Source: Macrostomum lignano
Taxonomy: Eukaryota
NCBI GenBank assembly: GCA_002269645.1
Contig: NIVC01001665.1
Coordinates: 124,001 to 188,000 of the forward strand
DNA: 64,000 nucleotides
Reading direction: 5' to 3'
Under the pieces are notes generated by a model. That model was not told where the DNA came from. It searched no databases and saw only the letters and a program-made list of their open reading frames with translations. The translations under genes were made by a program, and so were the position numbers. Shown here piece by piece: positions 9,901 through 64,000 of this stretch. The stretch's first letter is position 1, and the number at the start of each line of letters is the position of its first letter.

Positions 9901-11717
9901 TCCCCTCACCTCAGCTTCCAGGTAGCCAGAGTTGAGTACATCATCAATCCCGAACTTCTAACCGGATTTCGTCAATTTCAACAAGACCTGTTGAACAAAG
10001 ACGACTCTGGCAATGACAAAGACAGCCAGAAAACTGTGCTGGCATTCCACGGCACAGACGAATCCAATATCGAGTCCATCTGTCGTCAGGGATTTCATAA
10101 TCCTAATAATTACAGCGCCGAATACCGACAGGCCAACGATTCCGGCTGGTACGGCCGGGGCGTGTACTTTAGCGAGTACCCGGCTTGCGCTATGGACTAT
10201 GTGAAAGGCCGGAGCAGACTACTGCTGTGTCTGGTTAGTAGTGCCTTATTCTTGCTTGCTTGCTATCTTTATTGAGTGACAACACTAAAATTAAGAAGCA
10301 GTTAAATATACAAGCTCGTATCTGAAATAAGTGATTAGTTGGCGCTATTAGATGATTAGTTGACGCCATTAGGTGGTTAGGTGTCGCCATTAGGTGATTA
10401 GTTGACGCCATTAGGTGGTTAGGTGTCGCCATTAGGTGATTAGTTGACGCCATTAGGTGGTTAGGTGTCGCCATTAGGTGATTAGTTGACGCAATTAGGT
10501 GGTTAGGTGTCGCCATTAGGTGATTAGTTGACGCAATTAGGTGGTTAGGTGTCGCCATTAGGTGATTAGTTGACGCCATTAGGTGGTTAGGTGTCGCCAT
10601 TAGGTGATTAGTTGACGCCATTAGGTGGTTAGGTGTCGCCATTAGGTGATTAGTTGACGCCATTAGGTGGTTAGGTGTCGCCATTAGGTGATTAGTTGAC
10701 GCCATTAGGTGGTTAGGTGTCGCCATTAGGTGATTAGTTGACGCCATTAGATGATTAGTTGATGCCATTAGGTGGTTAGCTGTCGCCATTATGTGATTAG
10801 TTGACGCCATTAGGTGGTTAGTTGACGCCATTAGGTGGTTAGGTGTCGCCATTAGGTGATTAGTTGACGCCATTAGGTGGTTAGGTGTCGCCATTAGGTG
10901 ATTAGTTGACGCCATTAGGTGGTTAAGTGTCGCCATTAGGTGATTAGTTGACACCATTAGGTGGTTAGGTGTCGCCATTAGGTGATTAGTTGACACCATT
11001 AGGTGGTTAGGTGTCGCTAGCGTGATTAGTTGACGCCATTAGATGATTAGTTGATGCAATTGGGTGATTAGCTTCGGCATTAGTTGAGTATAATTACCTG
11101 GAATAATAGCCTTACTAACAATACATGTAATTATCTGGTAGTTTAGCCATAAACTAAGCTCCCTTCTCTCCGCACAGGTCAGCCCGGGTCGCACCTACCA
11201 GTGCCGGCACTACTCCCATGGCCAGCCCTGCCAACCAGGCTATCATTCGCATCGTAGCCCCGACGGACGCGAACTCGTGACCTTCGACGCGCGTCAATCT
11301 CTGCCAGTTTATGTTGTTCATTACGAACGTTCCGCTCCTGATAAATCTACTGCTGCTGCTACTGCGGACAAGCCTAGCGGTCCGTTCGATAGTTTGCACG
11401 AATTGTATTTTAATGTCAATACAGAATCGAATACAAGCTGCCGAATTCTGGCCAATAGGAGAGTTCGAATATTAATTGACGGATTTAACAGTCCCGGATT
11501 GTTGCTGACTACTGATCAGCTGATTCGATTCTGCCTGGCTGAGGGCGCAGTTTCTGCCGAATCTTTTGGTCAGGGCGATATTAAGACTGTTACTAACGAC
11601 TGTTTGGTTATTGTTCTTGACGAGTCTAGAATTTCCGGTGTTATTAACGAAGTCGACGGTGTTGAAGTAGCGACTGTCGAGCAAGTCTTTAAGGATGCTT
11701 TAGATTCCGTTGCTTAA
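6929..11717 (+). CDS. PBZ zinc finger + PARP catalytic domain (H-Y-E) + possible BRCT-like C-terminus; 4 exons
   Basis: Join 6929-7276, 8783-9126, 9915-10233, 11178-11717 (GT-AG, phases 0/2/0; exon 2/3 junction could alternatively be 9118/9922). PBZ spacing C-x5-C-x6-H-x5-H (RPLCPHEADCPETGLLHFADFIH, 6959-7027). PARP motifs: VEYIINP, FHGT (His 10048), GWYGRGVYFSE (Tyr 10165), LLLCLVSPG, GYHSH...RELVTF (Glu 11271), LPVYVVHY. Stop at 11715-11717. Confidence 0.88.
7521..8755. repeat. 16-bp minisatellite (CATCACATGACCGAAA) in PARP-gene intron 1, with a local 64-bp higher-order repeat
   Basis: Period 16 (8041/8057). Variant TATCACCTGACT recurs at 7539, 7603, 7667 and 7731. Confidence 0.97.
9285..9860. 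repeat. CT-rich low-complexity repeat (CTCTCTGACTCTCTCC-like) in PARP-gene intron 2
   Basis: Direct inspection; pyrimidine-rich with recurrent CTGACTCT. Confidence 0.9.
10330..11065. repeat. 21-bp/42-bp dimeric minisatellite in PARP-gene intron 3
   Basis: TTAGGTGATTAGTTGACGCCA alternates with TTAGGTGGTTAGGTGTCGCCA. Confidence 0.97.
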
Positions 11718-12693
11718 GAACTCAATAAGTAACAAGCTAGATGACACAGGTAACTCTGCCTTGACTGTAGTTTTTAACAAGTTATATTTGATCATTTTTT
11801 GTTTTACTCAGCTTGCAGTAGTACATCGACACCATGTGTATATATTTTCTACACTTCCTTAACTTTCACACGACTTACTTACTAAAAAAATATTACACGT
11901 AGCTTCAGAAAACGTGTCTTTATGATCCCGTAAAAATAGAATATAGGATTTTCAGCCGTACATGTACATGTAATAGACACGCTTGTTATTTTTAATGCCG
12001 CCTTTGGTCCACTCCGAGCCAAAACGAGAATGCGCATTTTCTCTTCTTTGTGCCTACGGCATTAGCTATTAAATGTGATATTTTACGTTGCTTTTATTCA
12101 CTAATTGTTTTTAAAATCAGTTATGCTTCGTTTTAATACGAGTGTATCGATCGCAAGCGCTTCAGTAGGCCACCGTCTAGAGCCGTAAATGCATTATTTT
12201 TATATTGATTTTTTGTCTCGATAAATAAATTTTAGAACGCTGTTCCTTGACGCGATTTGGGCAGTTTTATCGGAAAATAAAAAATCGACTAACCACTTGT
12301 AATTGTTGTGTATAAACTTGTGTCCGGTTATTTTAAGAAATTTTAGAATTTACACTTTGAAATGTGGATTTGTCGTGTGACCATTTTATAGATTCAACAG
12401 TAGAAGCCTCAGTTTTAAAAAGCGTAATTTTTAAATCAAACCTGCATGCGAGATATCCGAGTAGATTTGATTTAGCTACAGTCAAAGTTCAAATTGTACG
12501 AGTACATGTATTGTACAGTGTATAAATGATGTAGATAAATTTTCACAACAGCTTGTATACAAAATAAGTTGAACTTATGTAGATGTATATAACATATGAA
12601 ATATGGTAAATACTTTGCTAAACATTGATTAGGAGTTTGGACCATCAGTCTGATAGCCATCATAACTAGCTTTTTTAAACTAAATTTTTCTCT

Positions 12694-12953
12694 GGGCCTT
12701 TTCATATTACCAATTCCAGAACCAGAATCGGTTCGGAATTCCAAGAAAAACAGCAGTATAACTATTAAACTCTGTTAATATTTGACTGCCTTAACAACCT
12801 AACTTAGCACAATTTTTCACTTTCTTCTTGGCGATTGCCATTCAATAATAAAAACTTTATAGCACGTATTTCCCTCTAGTTATGGAGACAAAAAGTTATA
12901 CTTCACAAATTGGTTCTGGTTCTGGAACCAGAGCAAGCAATATGAAAAGGCCC
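12694..12953. mobile_element. 260-bp MITE, PIF/Harbinger-like
   Basis: Perfect 15-bp TIR GGGCCTTTTCATATT / AATATGAAAAGGCCC, plus inner inverted TTCCAGAACCAGAA. A 3-bp TCT flanks both ends (putative TSD; Harbinger TSDs are usually TWA). Confidence 0.7.
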
Positions 12954-14414
12954 TCTTAGAGTGGGTCAAATTAAAATAAGTCACGTATTTTCTATATGCC
13001 TAAGAAAACGTAGCGATGAAATACGTGTAAGTTACTAGCTTTGGTTCATTTGTTTAACGCACATAACGCGTTTTGTTGAGATAAGTTATTTTTCTTTGCT
13101 TTAATGGAATCAAAAACTTTTCTTGGATTTACGTCGTTTAATACGTGATTATAGCACGGTAGATACGACGCACACATCTGGCAGCGATTCAACATGGACT
13201 TTAAAAGATCTTTTAAATTCAGCATTTTGTATTTTCGATTCTATAGTTTCATCTGCATCCAGATTCCAGAATCAATGGAATACGTATACGTTCCATCCCA
13301 CGATATGAAATAAAAACTCAAGAGCTATTTTTCGTGTCAATTTTAGTTATATAATAAAACCGCTTTTTCAAATCGAAATAGTAATATTTCTTAAGAATTT
13401 TTGACTGCAAGCTACACGTACGAGCGTATATTTGGTGTAATTTAAATTTCTTAAACATGCAACAAACAAATAGTTTGTGATTTGTGGGTCAGACCTATCT
13501 TTTAAAATATATAGAAACAAGTTCTTTCATAAGATACAACACTATGACGTTTTGTACTTGTAGAAAATATTTTTAATCGCGTGAGTTGGCCAGTTAAGAA
13601 ATATGTAAATTCTACTCTATGTAAATTAAGAAGTGATTTTTATTCCAGTTATATTTCATTCTGCCTTAAGATTTTCTTCAATGTGTTTAACATGGAAGTT
13701 TTAGAATTTATGAGAATTTAAGGTTTTAATTTTAGGATAGGAAGCATCAGAGATTTTAAAAACAATAAAATAAAATTTAAATCATCAGAGATTTAAAATT
13801 TTGTCATCTTTTCAGCATAAATTATGATTAAACAATATTTTTTATATTCTTTTTTAGGCATGGTAGCATAATAACTTAATAAAAACGAATCATTCCTCAG
13901 TAAATGTTTTTTAAAGTGGCTTAAATTTTAAATTGAAATGCTTTCCTTGGCTTTGTATTTAATTTTAACATTGATCATTTTTTTCAAATATAACGGCCGT
14001 GCTCTAACACAAAAATTTAACCAAACAAGCTTTATTAATAATAAATTTATAAAGGCATTTGCGGATTTGTCTTGATTTCGATTTCGTTAATTTTTTACTG
14101 CTGAATGTATAACCGTCGCTATTACATTCGTACTTCTAAACTAAACAACATAACAGTGTTAACTTGAATAATTCTTCTTCTGGCAAATTGTACTGTTGGA
14201 ATTGCATAGATAAACATCCGAACATTAAATTTTTTAACATAAATCCTAACAAAAAGCGTTGATCGCTATTATACGTGCACGCACTTGCTGTGTGTCTTGC
14301 ATAACATGTACATGTATCTATAAAACACACAATATACAACATTGTGCACAGATGTGGCAGATACTTCCTAATGGATGCAACTGACATCATACGAGCGTGA
14401 ATCACGTATTGGCC

Positions 14415-15430
14415 ACCCTCTTCCCCTCTAACTCTCATCCCCTCACACCCTCATCCCCTCACACCCTCATCCCCTCACACACTCACACCCTCTTCCCCTC
14501 TCACCCGCTTCCCCTCTGCACCTTCTTCCCCCTCACCCTCTCCACCCTCACCCTCTCCATCCTTACCCCTCTTTCACGTCACCCTCTTCCCGTCACCCTA
14601 TTCCCCCTCACCCGCTTCCCCTCGCCCTCTTCCCCCGTCACCCTCTTCTCCCTCACCCTCTTCCCCGTCACCTCTTTCCCGTCCTTGTCCTTGTCCTTGT
14701 CCTTGTATGGCCAGTCGACCTCCTAAGAGGCGTGCCACTCATTGGTTTTGAGCGGGTTCCGCGGTGCAGACTTTTCGGTGTCTTGCGATATCTGTTTTTG
14801 AGATGCTCTTGTTGCATCCTGGGCAAACAATCTTGGCTCTTCTCGGTACGTCGGCTGGTTCAGGTCTGTCCGTTGTGGCGGCGTCTTGGCTATTTTCCTC
14901 TTGTTCGTACCCTGTTTGTAGGTCATTGTACAGCGCGCAGGTGCGCTATGTGCCTCGCATGTTACTGGCGCTCCTGGGCTGGAGACAGTACGGGCAAGTC
15001 CCTTTCTGTGCCTTTGCAGATCTCCAGGTGGTTCGTCTCGCTGCCTCTTTCCCGTCACCCTCTTTCCCATCACCCTCTTCCCCGTCACCCTCTTCCCCGT
15101 CACCCTCTTCCCCGTCACCCTCTTCCTCGTCACCCTCTTCCCCGTCACCCTCTTCCCCGTCACCCTCTTCCCCGTCACCCTCTTCCTCGTCACCCTCTTC
15201 CCCGGCACCCTCTTCCCCGTCACCCTCTTCCTCGTCACCCTCTTCCCCGTCACCCTCTTCCCCGTCACCCTCTTCCCCGTCACCCTCTTCCCCGTCACCC
15301 TCTTCCCCGTCACCCTCTTCCTCGTCACCCTCTTCCTCGTCACCCTCTTCCCCGTCACCCTCTTCCTCGTCACCCTCTTCCCCGTCACCCTCTTCCCCAT
15401 CACCCTCTTTCCCGTCACCCTCTTCCTCCT
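14415..15430. repeat. 15-bp C-rich minisatellite (CACCCTCTTCCCCGT) split by a LINE insertion
   Basis: Degenerate copies at 14415-14682 and regular copies at 15044-15430. Source of the PRHPL/SPS/EEGDG ORFs. Confidence 0.93.
14683..15043 (-). mobile_element. 5'-truncated LINE 3' end (RTE-like) with C2HC zinc knuckles and an (ACAAGG)4 tail
   Basis: Minus-strand CPYCLQPRSASNM...C and CPGCNKSISKTDIARHRKVC, stop, short 3' UTR, then (ACAAGG)4. A 12-bp TSD CCTCTTTCCCGT lies at 14671-14682 and 15044-15055. Confidence 0.8.
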
Positions 15431-16078
15431 CAAAAATCACCTCTTGCCCCTAACCCTATTCCTCTCTCGCCTTTCTTTCACCCTCTTCCCCCCCACCCTC
15501 TTACCAGATCACTCTCTCAATATGGGTCATTGAGCCCTCCATCTTGAAAATTTCGGCCCAATAAAGAGCCAGCACGCATCATTTTCATGCGCATACAAAC
15601 GTACTTGTGAGACTGCCACTGTCATTTCCTGTTATGGCACCTAAACTGTTCTTTAAGCTTCTAACTGTCCGTCCAGAAGCATCCAGGAGATCAAGATATG
15701 AGATTCTGCATTTTAAATCGAGGTGGGAGGGGTTACATAGCTCACGGGATAAGAGAGTGTCTTCCGCTAGTCACCAATTCTCCGAGCTCAAAACTTAAAC
15801 AATGTGAAATTCTGAGTTTGCTCATCTTCGAGGTTGGGAAGCTTTCGAGTTTGTGAATCCTTGAGGTTGTAAATCCTCGAGTTTCTGAAAGCTGTGCTAC
15901 TTAGTAACTGTCATTTTTCTGCACATTGCATGTACTTTCCTTACTACTCATAAGTAGGCGATCACTTACTAAAATATACGACAGTCGAATTGTTTCAGAA
16001 CCTATGAAAACAGCTAACAAAAACCGCCCCGAAAGTACATGAACAAAGTCAAAGCCAGACTGTAGAGACGTCTCTTAG

Positions 16079-62443
<46,365 letters not shown>

Positions 62444-62516
62444 GATATCTGACCAATGAGACACGGAACAATCTCCTTCTTTTTCAACTTTGCATTCCTT
62501 TGTCATTCCTCTCAAC

Positions 62517-62522
62517 AATAAA
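62517..62522 (+). terminator. Probable polyadenylation signal of the ninein gene
   Basis: AATAAA about 74 nt after the stop codon. Confidence 0.55.
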
Positions 62523-63097
62523 GTATAAAATGCTTTAATTAGGGAAAATTACTTCGCTTGTACTTTTATGGCGTTCCAGAAACTACAAGACTCGTGGAAA
62601 ACAGTTACTGCGCGTGTTTCGTTGTTGATTTTAATTTAAATTTTCGCATTGTTTTTAGAGCAGAAAAACAAACGTCGTTGAAACTTGCCGCTCTAGAAAA
62701 ATATTTTCGTTTAAATTGACTCCTTGGCGAGTTCAGTAACTTCTGTTTTCATTTACTGAGGTACTTTGTGTTTATTTTTCTTCCATTTATAACATTTCAT
62801 ATTCAAGAAGCTGTGCCTTCAGTCTGAGTAAGTGCGACTCTCCAAGGAAACGATGGTGTTAGGGTTCTAACCGAAAGGAATTAATCTCGTCTGCTGCGAC
62901 TTTGATCAGCCGCCATTTTTGCAAATAAAATTTTTAATGAAAATTAGTAACAGCTGCAGTAATTTTTGTTCTATAAACTACTAAAGTATTGCCTTGTATT
63001 AAAATCAAAATCAATAAGTAAACTTTAAAACTAATTGATTGCTTGTATCAAATTTAGATAATGATTTTTTTGTTCCTAAATTTCGCATGGAGTGGCT

Positions 63098-64000
63098 ATG
63101 GGGTGGTGGGTTCAATGGGGTCGTGGGTTCAATGGGGTGGTGGATTCTATGGGTCGGTGGATTCAATGGGGTGGTGGGTTTATTGGGGTGGTGGGTTCAA
63201 TGGGGTGGTGGGTACAATGGGGTGGTGGGTTCTATGGGGTGGTGGGTTCAATGGGGTCGTGGGTTCAATGGGGTGGTGGATTCTATGGGTCGGTGGATTC
63301 AATGGGGTGGTGGGTTTATTGGGGTGGTGGATTCTATGGGTCGGTGGATTCAATGGGGTGGTGGGTTTATTGGGGTGGTGGGTTCAATGGGGTGGTGGGT
63401 ACAATGGGGTGGTGGATTCTATGGGGTGGTGGATTCAATGGGGTGGTGGGTTTATTGGGGTGGTGGGTTTATTGGGTGGTGGGTTTATTAGGGTGGTGGG
63501 TTCAATGGGGTGGTGGGTTTATTGGGGTGGTGGATTTATTGGGGTGGTGGGTTCAATGGGGTAGTGGGTTTATTGGCTATGTGGTGGTGGGTTTATTAGG
63601 GTGGTGGGTTTATTGGGGTGGTGGGTTCAATGGGTCGGTGGGTTTATTGGGGTGGTGGATTCTATGGGGTGGTGGGTTTATTGGCTATGTGGTGGTGGGT
63701 TTATTGGGGTGGTGGGTTCAATGGGGTGGTGGGTTTATTAGGTTGGTGGATTCTATGGGGTGGTGGGTTTATTAGGTTGGTGAATTCAATGGGGTGGTGG
63801 GTTTATTAGGGTGGTGGAATCAATGGGGTGGTGGGTTTATTGGGGTGGTGGGTTCAATGTGGTGGTGGGTTCAATGTGGTGGTGGGTTTATTGGGGTGGT
63901 GAGTTCAATGGGGTGGTGGGTTTATTAGCTTGGTGGATTCTATGGGGTGGTGGGTTTATTAGGGTGGTGGAATCAATGGGGTGTGGGTTTATTGGGGTGG
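63098..64000. repeat. G/T-rich ~18-bp minisatellite (GGGTGGTGGGTTCAATGG variants), running off the window
   Basis: Direct inspection; dense GG/GGG runs with G-quadruplex potential. Confidence 0.95.

Noticed and set aside
10330-11065. Interstitial TTAGG telomere array
   Set aside because: TTAGG appears only as part of a 21/42-bp unit, not as tandem telomeric repeats.

Overview
Intron-rich eukaryotic (metazoan) DNA. The style fits a free-living flatworm such as Macrostomum, but the species is my inference and is unverified. Three + strand genes can be assembled by hand from GT-AG exons with consistent phases. (1) A small C19orf53/UPF0390-like ORF (5610-5894). (2) A four-exon PBZ-zinc-finger + PARP-catalytic (H-Y-E) + possibly BRCT-like gene (6929-11717). 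(3) A very large ninein-family gene (16079-62443, about 53 exons, about 3,800 aa by my exon sum). The ninein gene carries a roughly 1,550-aa block of 27 copies of an unrecognised ~55-aa helical repeat, encoded by 20 tandemly duplicated phase-0 exons, followed by a coiled coil built largely from 105-nt exons. Genes 1 and 2 both begin at a splice acceptor with no in-frame ATG, consistent with a spliced-leader-donated AUG and possibly an operon. The rest is about 23 kb (my estimate) of many different micro/minisatellites, including an 11.3-kb intronic 47-bp satellite, plus transposon debris: a Penelope-like element with a nested LINE, an RTE-like LINE end, a deleted Tc1/IS630 element with a nested hAT MITE, several MITEs and four tRNA-derived SINEs. 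No CRISPR array, rRNA or intact tRNA was found.
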